A DNA stretch of 61,882 nucleotides, filler included, from Choristocarpus tenellus KU-1152 (Eukaryota; Protista; Phaeophyceae): NCBI GenBank assembly GCA_964200185.2. It is 11 parts of 11 records of this genome, joined end to end, with 100 filler letters (N's around TTAATTAATTAA, not from the genome) between each part and the next. Parts side by side here need not be neighbours in the genome. Positions count along the whole stretch, not along the records: positions 1 to 8,856 come from CAXNAD020004253.1; positions 8,957 to 14,871 come from CAXNAD020009428.1; 9 more parts are not named here. One strand, 5' to 3'. The notes under the pieces were generated by a model. The model ran no database searches and was not told the origin of the DNA. It saw only the letters and a program-made list of their open reading frames with translations. The translations under genes and the position numbers were made by a program. The first letter of the stretch is position 1. The number at the start of each line of letters is the position of its first letter. This document shows positions 1 to 13,300 of the stretch, piece after piece.

Positions 1-1637
1 GAGAAAAAAAGGGGGGAGAGGGAAGGGGGGGGGGGGGGGGGGGTTGTGTTTTTGTTTTTTGGTGGGGGGGGGGGGGGGGGGGGGGGAGGCGTGGTCTTGC
101 AGAAACATAACCCAACGCAAGGTATGCCCTCAAAGAGTTCCAGCGAGATGCAATGTATTCTACCTAGTTTGTGCCACCTGTGCTGTGTAAAACCTGTGAG
201 AAACGCCTTCCTGATGAGATTTTTTTTTTTCCCACACTAACTCGCAAATCGTTCCAACTGATGCTTAACGGAGCAAGTAGGCAATAAATAAGAAAACGAA
301 TTGTGTACGTGCATGTAGAGGCCGTTTTTCTCGAACTAGACGTTACTGATTCAAGTTCTGGCTTTTGATTTGACATCAGGGAAGAAGCAGCTTTCGTGGG
401 AACATGTGCCTGCCATACCTCGCCAGTCTGTTGCAAGTTGAACTTTGCGAATTTTTATATTGAATATTGATAAGAAAATGACACAACATGCTTGTATGTG
501 TGGCATACCTCAACGGTACTTCTGTACCAGCTTTAGAAACCTGCCCCTGCCCCGCTCGAGGTTCTACTTCTGCTCCCAGTTAGGTTCTCCATCTCACGAA
601 GATGGTCAAATCCCTCACCAATATATTCACCGTACTAAAAACCAACCTCCAACCACCCCCATCGCTGCGGACGACAATACGTTTCACTTCAAAAACGAGA
701 TACATCCTTCAATTCATCCTCCACAACATTATCGACATGTGCCTCAAACTGTGGTGAAGGTGTTACACAGCTTCACCCTTAGCTTTGGCTCTGTAGCGCC
801 ATGGAGCTGACTTCTTAACTGAAACGACCTCGATCCACCGTGACACTCAAGGTTGTGATGCAGTATCATCTGCTCGCTCTTGGGATCGTATCACAAGACA
901 TCTCGTTCACAATACACACAACTGCAGCACCTATGTTAATCTCTATCCCTGCTCAGCAACAAGATGGTGTACTGAGAGCCATGTTCTGAAAGGATCTGTT
1001 ACAAGGTAAGAGCAGAATGACATGCCCATCGGCTATGGCAGGGTAACAGATTCCATAGTGCCACGGAAAGGGCTCTGGGCCGCTACAGAAGGCTACTTCA
1101 GGGAACACAAACCAGTAGTAGTGCAAGGAGGACATCTCATCGCCATAGGGGGTAAACAATGGCAACAACTTCAGGTGAACTCTTGCAAGAGCTTGAAAGG
1201 AGGTGAAAAGGAGTAAAGAATATGCTGAAGAGGTGCGGAAAGGGGTCAAAATGATGTTGTGTACTTGACAGGGGGGGGGGAGGGTAGGGACTGTAAGCGT
1301 TGGAGACATGAACATCTCTCTTGAAAATGGTATGGGGCTCCCAAAACTATCGATCAGGAAGAGGTTTGTGCCAAATCAATTCATTGCCAGGTAGAAAGAA
1401 AAGATTATAATGACCCTATCAAAAGCAAAAAACATAGAAATATAATAGGATATTTACAATGGCATTCATTTTTCACATGGAACAAGTACACAAAACACCC
1501 AATCCATAGTTTCTCACACAAAGCAGTGTCAACAAGGGTCACTCAGCAGGAAGTAACCCTCTACTAGACTGCAACGTACTCACTCCTTTCCCTCCACATA
1601 TAGACTGGCATCCAGCATGAAGGAAACCACCAGATAC

Positions 1638-2770
1638 CCATTCTTTCCCCCAGGCCCATCAAGTCGGATAAGGCTCAGTTTGTACTCCTTTGCTTGGATA
1701 CTTCCGCTGATGCACCATATTCAACACATTGGGACATGGTCAATACTTAAGGTGTGCTCAAGGACTTTGGGGTGCATGATGATGATGAACATATAGACGG
1801 GTCATTGATGACTAAAGGTAGATATCTAAGCAATTGGAAACTAATGAAGGTATGCGCAGATTGGACATCTGTAGTACTCAGCGATTGGAAGGCCTAGTGT
1901 CCCTGCACTAAAACAAAGCCATTTCCGAATGATCTTTTTAGAATAGCCAATCGCTTGTACCTTTTCCTGTGTGACATCAAATGTTCAACAGTGGAGTAAA
2001 CATGAGGCAGAAGACTAAGCACTAAAAACGTACGGGGTAGGTAGGCTTTTGTAGACAAGATGCATACCGCTGCAGAAAGTGCTGCATTGAATGTGCAAAG
2101 AAGAAGGGGAATTACATAGTGGGGAGTATTTCCTCCCACTGATATGGGAAACGAACATATCCTCGCATGGAGAACACCGATGGAGATAGATACGACTATT
2201 TAAGTCAGTCTGTATTCCACAACAACCAATCCAGAAATAATGCATCTCCTCGAACCTCTTTCGATCCACGAAGAGGGTGATGTTGACCGAAAGCTTCTCG
2301 TTCCATTCGTTTCGGCCATGCTTTACCTGCCTAGGCCGTAGCTTCGCGGTCTTCCGACCGAGAAAGAGAGGGTAAATGGATATAGCAGGCAGGAGGTGAG
2401 TGATTGATTCTGATAGGTTGTTTTCGCTAAGTAGGCGAGAAAATGCCGTCTTGAGAATGAATAGAGTACAAGGAGAACGCACTTGTGGGCATTGGGGAAA
2501 TACGAGAAAGAGTTGTAAACACTCGTGACGTGGTGGTGACAATTTTTTTTCTGAAATACAAAAAATATGTGGACAACCTACGCTGCTTCCTTAACCATCT
2601 CAAACCATTCGACTTGGTGCATCTACCTTAGTACCCCTGGACAGCTCGAATTTCAATGTATATCGCTCGTCCTCTGCTGTCGCTAGTATGAGTTCCTCCA
2701 CAGTCACATCGAGCAAAAACTCCACAGGCACGAGGCTCATCCTTGCAGCTTTGCGGAAGAGAGACGCCAT
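1638..2770 (-). CDS. NT-type C2 domain (EEIG1/EHBP1-like) protein, first three coding exons; 3' exons not resolved
   Basis: Exons 2770-2627, 2350-2256 and 1706-1638 have GT-AG boundaries and matching phases, giving MASLFRKAARMSLVPVEFLLDVTVEEL...KFELSRGTK/TAKLRPRQVKHGRNEWNEKLSVNITLFVDRKS/GSIQAKEYKLSLIR. W-N-E-x-L...TLF and K-E-Y-K are typical NT-C2 motifs. Confidence 0.75.
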
Positions 2771-4436
2771 TATAAACGGCGTCCTCTCGCAGAAACGATT
2801 GCAGGCCCTTTCAGGACTTTCACTCCTTCGACGGATATATATACACACATATGTGAGAAAATGAAATGCAGGTCAGTAACAACACACAATAGTACATGAT
2901 ATGGACAGATCGTTTCGGTTGGTATTTCTACCAGGGGCAAGTCAGAGTAACCCCATCCATCGTTCAAAGAAACAAGTTTAACGTGTCATCTACAGGGAAG
3001 TTCAACAACTCATTTCCCAAACCCCCTGATACACCATAGTTTCCCACAACCCTCTCCAGGTCTGACCTTGCTTGGATCTCGGATTTGGGAACTCTGGTAC
3101 TGTTGTCCAGTCTCCTTTGTCCTTTCCATCGGAACTTATACGGTGCTCACAAACTCCATAAAGTGTAGATATGAAAATATGTTGCGGTGTTGTACTTAAC
3201 ACTCACCCAACACATAATCTAGGGCTGTGAACAACAATGTGTGGATCCTTGGAGGTAGAGGTTGAACGCTACCTCTAATGTTACATCTGGTTTCCTCTCC
3301 AGAACCAGGTGTCTTAGGGTGTTTGGTGGACGTTCATAAGAACTATTCTCCAGTTAGTTTATCATTATCATTATTATTACTAATACTGTGTAGGTTCAAA
3401 CACCAAGAGGAAATATGCAGGTCCTAAAAATAGATTCTGGATACGATGATAGGTGGATTTTGGACATACTAGGAGTAATAAAAAGAATGTGGTTCGAGAA
3501 AGATAGAATATGAAATATGAGATTTTGTCTCGGGACATTCTACACAAAAAAATGCTTTTTCCGTTCAGAGATATTTGTATTGCTGGAGTTAGAACTATAT
3601 TATTCCTAGGAATGGTCAAATCCGTTCGAAAGTGTCAACTACTTCTTTTTTGTTTTGTCACTCCAGAATATTTAGACCTATATATGTATCTTATTTTATA
3701 CTTCAAATATGAATTGGTATATTATATATGAATTCCTAGATTAATGAGGAACCATTGTTCATCACTTTCAATGAAGATCCTAAGGGCTAGTTGTCCTGAT
3801 AAATAGTGTGATATTTTTCACCTTAGCAGCAAAAAATGGTCCATTTATATCACCCATTCACATCATTTTCAGTCAGTACAACATATGTAGAGTAAGACGC
3901 TTCAAAAACAAATATATAAAATAGGGTTGATGGGGTCTTGAAAAATGGGCAAAAGTTAGGTATGGTAGAATGAACGGGAACAAAACCATCACTACTATTA
4001 TTCAAACACAAAAAACAGTGTCGTAAGGTTCGCATCTAAACAAACAGAGAAGGAACAAGATATTCTAATATATTATACATTTTGTAAAGACGATCGGTGC
4101 ACTTCAAGTAACTTATAACCTATTTATATCTACACACTACTATTTGTAAGGCATAGTCAAAGTCAATCAAAACAAACGACACAAAAACTAATTGATGGAC
4201 TCATTCGTGCACTTTTCCCAAATTGTAGACTATTATTTTCTCCATAGATAAAAAATATATATATATATTAGTTACAATAGTGTTGGTTGTCGTGCTGGAT
4301 CAACTTTGTCGTACGTAACTTTAGATCAACAACAAATTTTTCTATGAAATTAGTTGGTTGTAATCGCATCAGCATCCTTAACCATATTTGATGGGTCTGG
4401 GTTGATCAACTAACAGTAATCGTGTCCGTTCGGGAT

Positions 4437-4653
4437 CATAATCCAATGTTGCGTTTTCGATTAGTTTTGGATATTGTGTTTGTCAGCAAGTAGTGCCAAT
4501 ATCCTTACTCCGAACACACCTTTTCATAGTCGTATGTACTTGAGGTAACTGTGTTCCCACAGAAATCCGAAGAAGGGCATAAAAAAACATGGGAAGCCAA
4601 GCCCCGAACGGACAAATAGGCCAAAACTCCTACGCTCTAAAATACTTTGGGTT
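4437..4653 (+). mobile_element. Degenerate copy of MITE family A
   Basis: Contains aatccaatgttgc...gccaatatcctt...acaccttttcata...gggaagccaagccccgaacggacaaataggccaaaactc...ctctaaaatacttt, matching the intact copies; left TIR eroded. Confidence 0.65.
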
Positions 4654-5147
4654 ACACACAAATACAGTCAATTTCAATGCATCGTGTGCACACACATGCC
4701 AATGCAGCCAATTTCTATACATTATATCCACTCACAGACCAAAGCAGCCAAATTCCACATATCATATTCACTCACACACCAATGCCACCAATTACCACAT
4801 TTGATATCCATGATACAGGCAATTAGCACATGTGTTGCTTCTCGCGCTTTTTTCAGTGCGAGTAGGAAGTGTGCGCACGGACAGTCCAAAAGGGGAACGT
4901 CCCCGTTGAAATAGTTGCAGTGTAATTTGCTTCCTCGGTTCGGAATCAAATGCAACATAACTATTGCAGCCCTGATGAAGAAGTCAAAATTTTTATTCAC
5001 GTGTTCATATTTTATGGGTGTATTGTGCAGTCACTGAAAGGTTTTCCACCAAAATCTCAAGCAAAATGGGGCACCCTACATCTATCATTAATTCCACCCC
5101 CAAAGTCCTCCGAAACTCCATTCCAGTATGGTATTTCGCCGCATATA

Positions 5148-6430
5148 TCAGGGTAGTTGGGGGGAGCTTACTTGCCTTCTCAGCCTTTTCCTTGCTAAGA
5201 TTGGAATTTTGAAGATTTTGTCAGCCTTGGACCCCAGCACTTTACCGTAGACTGCAAAGAGGCTCTGCCAGGCACACTCTGGTGTCTCCTGGAGGTACAC
5301 ATGGAACGCCTCCATTGTGACCTCCACCAGCTCCTCTGTGTTGTTCATCCCCAAGTCTTCCTTCAGTTGCTGGACAGAATGAAAGAATCGCAGGTCATTG
5401 ATGTTGAGGTCAGATGAGCTGACTGGCTGGGGTTCTCTATGACAATGTCATACCCTGCCGCCTCCTCAATTGCGTTGGCGATTCCCTCCTTGGTGGGTGG
5501 CTTTGCCTCGTCCTGCTGCACAAAGATGGTGTGCTCTTCCTGCCTAGGCATGCTGACCTTGATTGCCGGGATGACATCCTCGGTTATGAGCTTCTTATAC
5601 CCCTCACCGTCCACCGTGGTTGGCACAAGCACCTTGATACCCTTGGGGCGGTGTTTGCTGCAGCGCTGAGCGACCTTGGTGTCCACAATTGGCCAGATCC
5701 CGATTTTCCTATTGAACCCCACCCCATTGGAGAGCTTCTTAGCGTGGGTCACAGCTACAAAGAACACCACCTTTGTAATGTAGTAATTAATTCTGTGCCA
5801 GTGAGGGTTTGGGTGGGTCCTCGGTGTGGTGCAGGTACACACCTTACCCATCATTGAGGATGTAAAACCACTTCTCGTCCACATGCACCCAATCATATAG
5901 ATTGTTCACTAAATATCCCACCTTCCCCCCTCCTGTGTGTGTGGCAGATGACGAAACCCACCCTGATGACTTTCTGCTGGTCTGAGAGGACTGGCTTAAT
6001 CCATCGCTTGACCTTCTTCACCTTCACATGCTTACACAGGTCCCACAAAAAGGCAAGGGATACCCCAGAGCTTTGGCCACCCATTCACAGAAGGATGTGT
6101 GGTGTGCTGATGGGACATCCCAAACGTCGTGGATACTTGTACAGTGACCACATCACTCCTTACAACGTCATATGAAGTCCACATATTTACCCCGTATGAG
6201 CTGTCTGTCATACCCCTTCAGATGACGGAACACAGTGATTCGGGATATCCTAAAGTCCTCTGCGACAGCCGCTGCTGTCCCCTGAGGCATCCGAGTCTCA
6301 TCTCATCTTACCTTTAGGTATCACGCCACCATGCTGTTCTTCATTGGGGTGTTTGAGTTTGGGCCCCAGACAGACTTCTCGGGCGAAGAATTGGGACCGA
6401 TGGGTGATGATGGGATGAGTGAGCTGCTCG
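5148..6430 (-). pseudogene. Tc1/mariner-superfamily (plant/oomycete mariner-like DDD) transposase pseudogene
   Basis: Across frameshifts reads VKRWIKPVLSDQQK, HVDEKWF, ITKVVFFVAV, KIGIWP, IFVQQDEAKP, DLNINDLRFFHS (three catalytic Asp regions); several in-frame TGA stops in the N-terminal part. Confidence 0.85.
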
Positions 6431-7438
6431 AACGATAGGCGGGCTTCATCCTAGGCATCCCAATAAACACGCACGTTGACAGTTTCATGATGTTTTTTAA
6501 CCTATGAAATGCGACTTGATCGACTTTGTGCTGGTGTTCCTCCACAGTCATGACAGCCCATCTCAAACTTTGCACACCTCCCAATATATATGAGAACCAA
6601 GCCTCATTGAGAGTGTTTATCATATGGGATCGTTCCTTGGTGAGAACGGAGGTTGAAAACGTTATGTTACATTTAATTCCGAACGGAAGAAGTATGTAGG
6701 ATGAGAACAATGGAGCAGTTTTCAGTTTGGTATTATGGTTTCTGAAAACTTGAACTTTCAGGTTATAATCGTGGTTCTCTACCCTACTCACCTCTTGCAA
6801 TCTGTGATTCAGTCGTACACATATCTTGAGGATAACTTTATCTATTTCTTCTAACCCTGATAAACATATATTTTCGTTGGTTTATCAATCTATCAACACA
6901 CCCCAGGCGCCATCTGTATGACTCATCATCAGCCTACAGGCTTGTGGATTGGAGCTACGTATCGCATTAAGGTGAGCTGCTGGAATGTTTGTTAAATATA
7001 CCTTAAACAATGTCTGGTTTACTCCATGATCACGAACCTTCTGTCCACACGCCACGATAATGTACTACTTCACCACAAAGAAGAAGATACGTAGAACATG
7101 CTTTAGTGATTTGCAGTCAAGATAGACTCGTTACCTACACAAGGGGGGGTGTTGTCTTACCCTCCATAACATCCTAGCAACAACCTTAGAAATTGACAAA
7201 CAGTATATTTCCTAGAATGTTACTCGAACACCATGATATTCTGGTATTCCTCTCATGAATCATTCTAGTCACGCCGTCTAGCTACAAAGATATTTCTTAC
7301 GTCATGTATGCAAATAGCAACATTGATTGTGTACAGTACTACAACGCATGTCCCTATGCGAACATCCTCTCCTAATGTGCATGCACAATGTGCCACCACA
7401 CTGTAACATACATCGTTGGTTCCCCATAACTCACTTAA

Positions 7439-7530
7439 GGGTTAATGTATCTCGAGGGGGGGTGCCGGCGTCCGTTTTTCACCCTTTTTCGATTTTCACT
7501 TTTTGGTGTGATTTGGTCGCACATATCGGT
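7439..7530 (+). mobile_element. Left end of an element related to MITE family B, with no nearby right TIR
   Basis: gggttaatgtatctcgagggggggtgccggcgtccgttt...tttggtgtgatttggtcgcacatatcgg aligns with the family B left end ggctcaaagtatttggggggggggtggcggctgtccattt...tttgtgtgatttggttgtgccatgtcgg. Confidence 0.55.
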
Positions 7531-7993
7531 TTTGAAATGTCAGCAAAAAGAAGAAGACTGTTGGTTAGGTTCATTTCTGTCCTTGTGTACGCAAGAGGAA
7601 CGGGGATATATGCCACCATTTAATTGGGTTTGGTTAGGAGTTTGGAAGTTTACATGTGTAGGATTTCGAGTCTGCTCAAACAGTTTTATTGGTTTATTTT
7701 TGTTGGTCGCGCAGTTACGACGAAGAACAAGAGATACGTGTTAGGCTGTTCCAGGGCTGGATTGTATTTTTTTGTTGTTGCATGTCTGGGATTTGGTTAG
7801 CACACAAAGAGGGTTGTCGGTTAGGGTGTGTTTTCCCACTGTTCTTGAGGAATTGAAAAAAATATTATGGGCTGTTGTGAGGTTACTTTTTTCGTTTATT
7901 TGCTTGCATCGGTCGTGTCTTGGCTTGTACACAAAGAAGACTGTCCGTTTGGGCCTGTTCTCCCAGCGTGTGCACAAGGAACCAAAACATGCG

Positions 7994-8246
7994 GAGCCAA
8001 AGAGTCTTAGAGGGTAGAGCGGTGTCGAAATGGGGTCAAGGAAAAAAATTGTGATTTTGATGTAGATTTGGCTATCGTGTTTGTTAGTAAGTGTCAATAT
8101 CCTTGTTCCGGACGCACCTTTTCACAACGTATACAATTTTCTACTCAGAAACGTTTCAGAGTAGGTAAATGTCATAAAAAAAAAACCGTTAGAAGCCAAA
8201 AGGGACAAGCAGGGCAAAACTCGTGCCCTCTAAGATACCTTCGCTC
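7994..8246 (+). mobile_element. MITE family A (~255 bp)
   Basis: TIRs gagccaaagagtcttagaggg / ccctctaagataccttcgctc; internal sequence matches other copies. Confidence 0.85.
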
Positions 8247-8790
8247 TGTATCATGCACAGTTTAATTCTAACACTTCGTTTGTATTGTGTGCACGTATTT
8301 AGATGTTGTATGTAGTAAGGCGTGGTTGTCGCTGAGGGTGTTAGGGTTGAAGTTGTTGGTATGAAGTACGGGAAAAGGTGTAGACGGAATATGGACGTGT
8401 ATACGAGTGGTTATTGGTCAAGGACTATTGTCGTACGTTCCGAGGGAAGTAGTTCAAGGTACACTTCCACAGGTCCTGGGTTGGTGCTGTGGTTAGGGAC
8501 ATCGTGTGTGGACTTAGTTATATGATCCTCCAAGATTCGAATGACTACACTTGATCGAAACTAGTTCGTCGGCACCTGGGCAAAGCAAGAGGTGGTGCAT
8601 AGAGTATTGAGAAGAATGGGGGGAGGTGCGTTATAGTGTACAAGGAATAAAGAGTGGCTCACAGAAGGACAGGGTATTCATCGCTGCCCCCGGCGAATCG
8701 TTTGGAAAGGTTAGCTGAGCAGAAGGAGAAGAGTTGTTTGATTGATGTATTATATTTCAGGGCTGTAAAATTGTAGCAGAGACGCTTTTT

Positions 8791-8856
8791 GAGTGAAAGT
8801 ATCTTAGAGGGTGCGAAATTTTCCCTGTTTGTCCATTTGGGGCTTGGCTTCCCATG
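8791..8856 (-). mobile_element. MITE family A, truncated at contig end
   Basis: gagtgaaagtatcttagagggt...ccctgtttgtccatttggggcttggcttccc is the reverse complement of the family A right end. Confidence 0.85.
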
Positions 8857-8956
8857 NNNNNNNNNNNNNNNNNNNNNNNNNNNNNNNNNNNNNNNNNNNN
8901 TTAATTAATTAANNNNNNNNNNNNNNNNNNNNNNNNNNNNNNNNNNNNNNNNNNNN
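8857..8956. other. Artificial contig linker (N44-TTAATTAATTAA-N44); identical linkers at 14872, 18333, 25393, 29000, 40935, 43539, 47467, 53338, 58111
   Basis: Ten identical 100-nt spacers, each with a six-frame stop cassette. Confidence 0.98.
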
Positions 8957-9032
8957 AGTGCACTTGTCCTGGTTTTGACCCAAATGGACACCCTGGTGCA
9001 GTTCTCCCCCTCCCCACCAGATACTTTGGGTC
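8957..9032 (+). mobile_element. MITE family B, right half at contig start
   Basis: aaatggacaccctggtg...ccccaccagatactttgggtc matches the right end of 13780-13955. Confidence 0.85.
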
Positions 9033-10288
9033 TCATATCACAACAAATAAACAAGTCAAGTCTTGGTGACAAAATACACAATTCATTCAAACAGACTAAT
9101 TCCATGTGTCTCTCATGCAAACAAAAGGGTATTCTGATTATGATTACTAATGCTACACCTCAAAGCAAGAAAAACCTGGAAAATACAACAAATAAAAAGT
9201 ACATGAAAAGAAGAAAAAGAAAGATCCTAATTTTACCCCTCCAAAACTAGCAGTACTCTACTACAGAGTACTTTGAGGTGAAATAAAAATAATAAGACGA
9301 AAAAAAACATGCACACCGTAAAAAATCGACGACAATGCCTCCCTATCTCAGGATATACCTACAAGGGATTTTTCAATACTTCAATATAGTGGAGATAATA
9401 GTGCATTATATACCGCATGTTGCCATCACATAAAAAAAAATCGGTCAGAAAATGCTGCAAATTTATTTTTCTATAGACCATACACACACGCGCATAAAGG
9501 CCTGTTATCAGTAAGGAGATTGAGAGCACCCTTAAAGAAGTCCAAGCCCTAAACCTAAGTGAACGCATCTTCTTTGAGTGGGAGCAGTATTTTGAAAAGA
9601 TTGGGTCATAGATTCACAGTTTACAGCAGGGTCGAATGCATTTGACAGGAAGCATGTTGAAGTCTGTGTCGAATGTATGTTTGATCAAACGCAGCTAAGG
9701 TTGTTGTTTTACAGGTGTGGTACCCGTCCTTGTGTATATGCACAGTAGTGTGTATCTTGTTGATGCAGGATCGTTTGGTGAACCTGATGATCTTTCTAGT
9801 TGTAGAACATACAGAAGATTGATTGTCATACACTTAACACTCCAGAAGTCTGACACGAGACACACGATTAATCATCATTATTAGTTCGCCTGGTGGTGAA
9901 GTGTAAGTAGGAGAGAGACCTGCACATTTTTTGCTCACTCCCCCAAGAGACTGGAGAAAATTACATGTTATTGTTGTTGCTGGAACTCTCGCACAGACCA
10001 TACCAACATAGAATCAATAAAATAATGCATTTGTCGCTTGTGCGATCTCCTTGTCGGTATGTCTGCCAGCTGGAGTGTAGTTGGTACAAATTGCACTTTG
10101 AACAAAACGTTGGAGAACACACTCTCTACCATCATACTTGAACATCATGTCAACATTAGTTTTTCCTACCATTGGGATCTGAAACAAAGCCTGCACGGAT
10201 GGCACCATAATTATCTCCAAACCATGTGGCAATCCCTTGCTTGTGAGAGACCAAGCTCCTCCAAAAATCCCTTACTATGCTTTGACCA

Positions 10289-10330
10289 CGTTCACCATCC
10301 AGTCGTTCACCATCCAGTCGTTCCCCATCC
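10289..10330 (+). repeat. 15-bp tandem repeat (cgttcaccatccagt) x ~2.8
   Basis: Directly visible. Confidence 0.85.
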
Positions 10331-10370
10331 CCAGGGTTGAATCGCCTGTAGACCACCCTTTGTTTCTTAC

Positions 10371-10994
10371 TCAGCCTGGCAGATCGATGTTGCGCATGGC
10401 AGTAGAGTCTCGTGTGTCACCTTGCGGGCATACACCGCAGCATAAAATTGGCTCGCAATTCAAAATCCGTATCAAAACATCCATCCAAATCCTCACTGAT
10501 TCCAGGTCCTCATCACTGTAGTCCTCACTCCCATCATCAATTAGGGAACTGGTGCCTCGCTTCACCACCATGGTTCGTTTGGTCGGTTCAAATAACACTT
10601 GTGGAGAAGCGACGACCTTGGCCTCTTGAGGAAAATACATATGCCAGGTCAGGGATATCTAAACATGTCCCACCAAAATTCCGCGCTTGGTGCGTCAAGA
10701 CAAAAATTGGAACCTGCAGTCCTGTGTTGGTTAGGGCGATCTGGAAAAGTGTCGCATCGCATAATAAGAAGTATTATAAAAGGACAGATGTAAGGAAAGG
10801 AAGTCTAGCAAGCATGCACATAAGAGACAAAATTGTGTGGGTGATAGAGGTATAATCTCAACGCTATTCGTGTTCCTTGTTGTTTTTATCTCCCATATTT
10901 ATCTTATCTTTATCTTACCTCCAAGACTGGTCTGAAACGGTACTTCTTCGAAGCTGCGGACCCTTTTTACTTTTTTGGTGACGAAGACGATGTC
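10371..10994 (-). CDS. Unknown spliced gene, head-to-head with the SHIPPO-repeat gene
   Basis: Segment ~10994-10919 ends G|gtaag and joins in phase to the exon after tttcctcaag (EAKVVASPQVLFEPTKRTMVVKRGTSSLIDDGSEDYSDEDLES...); true start and end uncertain. Confidence 0.35.
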
Positions 10995-11056
10995 CTGTGA
11001 GAAGGTAAGGGAGTTAGTAGGTGCCTACCCTACGCGAGTTTAGATAGAACCAAAGG

Positions 11057-13300
11057 ATGGTGCTCTTCGGTGCATATCACACCGCAGAGAGATTTCCAGA
11101 CTACAATCGTCTTAATTCACATTATCCAGGCCCTGGCAGCTACACACTTCCAGAAGGATTGCTTGGCACGCCGTGCCCTCGCTACGGAGATCAGATCCAG
11201 AAAGATGGAAACAGCAGGCCGGACGGCAGTCAAATATATTTTTCCAGGAATGGGAGAGATTTTTGGGTCAGGGGGCTAGAGGGACCTTCAGGACTTACCA
11301 GTCTGGCGGTGCAGTCAACGTCAGAGTCGCTCTACAACCCGAATTTACGACTCGTCACTAAGGAGGTGCGTAGGACATTGTGTAAATGTTGACCCTGAGG
11401 AGATAAGGTTTAGGATGTTACAGCTCCCTCATCCAATACATCGCGAGAGTCCTGAACGGAAAACATCGATCAGAGTAGCCGATACTCGAAAAACGGCTTG
11501 CGTTGTTGTCTTATTCGGAGCATGTTCGATAAGAACTATTTCACATTGTCAGTGTTCCATACCTCTTTCCTGCAGGTCCATGGACCTGTGGCAGATATCT
11601 CTGAGGCACGATACATCTCACCAGCTGTGCGTTGCCTCACTCTTGACCACGAAAGGGAAGCGCTAGGGATCGAGAGCCCTGGACCTGGGGCATACAACCC
11701 TTCTTTCTGGGGATTTCCTCCACCCTCTGACTGGGATGGTGTCAACAAGAAAAATAGGAAGTTGCGTCAGGGTTTCAACCGTAAGGCAGCATGGGGAGTT
11801 GTAACTGAGCCGAACAATACAAGCGCAGCAGTAGCTCCAAATGTTTCAGGAAAGAAGGTAGAGCAGACGAGGTTGCAAAGAAGGCGTACATCCTTGCGAC
11901 CAAGCACATCTTCAAGGTGTATGTGGTGAGCATTGAACACTGCAATTGTTATGTGCATCAATCATTCTAAGAGTCAGGAAACCATCCACATTCAACTGGG
12001 AACATTTACAATATTCAAGAAAGCGGATGTACCGTGGGTGCACAAGAACACAGCGTGACAGTATTGCCTGTCACCTCATATTCTGGGCTCTAACGTGTAC
12101 AGTTCCGAGCAAGGTCTGAGGTATTCTACTCTAGGAACGGCAAGCATAGATCCATGCCAATACTCAGGTTGTAAATTTGGTGTTCAAGTATGCATCAGGA
12201 ACAAGGCAATCCTGGCTGAGCAGCTTTAGCTGTTGATCAGTGCAGATTCATCAATTGATCATTAAACTTGTGAGAAAGATTTTTCAACTGGCATATTGGG
12301 AATCCTTGTCTTGCTAGGTTTGAATCTTCAAATTTCTGCATCCCCTTCCCTTGTGCATCAACCTCAACAACAACACAGGGTCACTGGTGCTCATAGTCCC
12401 CAAGGACTGCAGTATTGGGGAGGCATAGCAACCAAAGCAGGGCCTGGTCAGCTCTCGCCAGGATGGGAGGGACCATGGATGGTGCGCCCTGCTACATGTG
12501 AAGGCAAAATGAAAGGACTTGAGGGTTGTGGCATAGACAGGGGCCCAGTGCATTCAAAAGAGCCTCGTGCTACATCCAAGGGTTTCCATGAGTTTCGGTA
12601 CCTGGATCGTGAGCTCATGAGACAGGGCCACTCTGGACGAAGGGACACACCTGGGCCTGGATCATATAGTGTACGACCCAGAATGGAAAAGGGGACGACT
12701 TTTGGGGTACCATACTCACAAAGAAAGCATCAGCACGAGGCTAGCACCAGTTCCTCCACAAAGGCGCTTGACAGGAGACAATACCGTCCATCAATACCCA
12801 AAAGCTCAGAGCGCCTCCCAATGCCTCTCATGGGCAGCGAGAGCCCTGGGCCTGCATACAACCTACCAAGCACACTGAATATTAGGGTAACCAACAAGAT
12901 GGTGTTTCACCCTCCAACACCAAGAGAAAGAAGATACAAAATTGCCAAACCTTCTCACAAGACTTGTGTCCTCAAAATACAACAAGGAGATCCAAATGGG
13001 CAACAGGCAATGAGTTGCACCCAGGGCAGAACGAGAGATCTTGACTCATGTGAACATCCTATTGATGAACCCTTGCTTGTAGGTAGTCGTGGACTTCAAG
13101 GGCTTGAGCTTACCCGACGCGCTATGCAGCACCTTGTTGCTCCTGTACAAAGTCAAACTGCTACTGTGAGCACATTTCTGGGGAAAGGGGTTCTGGAGAG
13201 ATTTCGTCAGGATGGTGCCAGTGTGGTTCTGTTGGCTTGGGGGGGGGTACTATATACATTTGGACAACTGGTTAAGGACAGAGAGGTAGCTGTTCCATGA
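11057..13300 (+). CDS. SHIPPO/PGP-repeat (ODF3/STPG-like) flagellar protein
   Basis: Exons 11057-11365, 11576-11916, candidate microexon 12103-12113, and 12318-13285/13300. Repeated motifs YPGPGSYTLP, SPGPGAYNP, TPGPGSYSV and SPGPAYNLP are the SHIPPO-repeat signature. Confidence 0.8.

Noticed and set aside
1-87. Poly-G tracts and a Gly-rich ORF (similar tracts at 14855-14871 and 47372-47466)
   Set aside because: Low-complexity contig-end sequence, possibly a sequencing artefact; no coding evidence.
6905-6971. Possible FN3-like exon (TGLWIGATYRIK|gtgag)
   Set aside because: Too short, and no partner exons could be linked.
8901-8912. TTAATTAATTAA repeated ten times between N-runs
   Set aside because: Artificial six-frame stop linker used to concatenate contigs; not a biological repeat or CRISPR.
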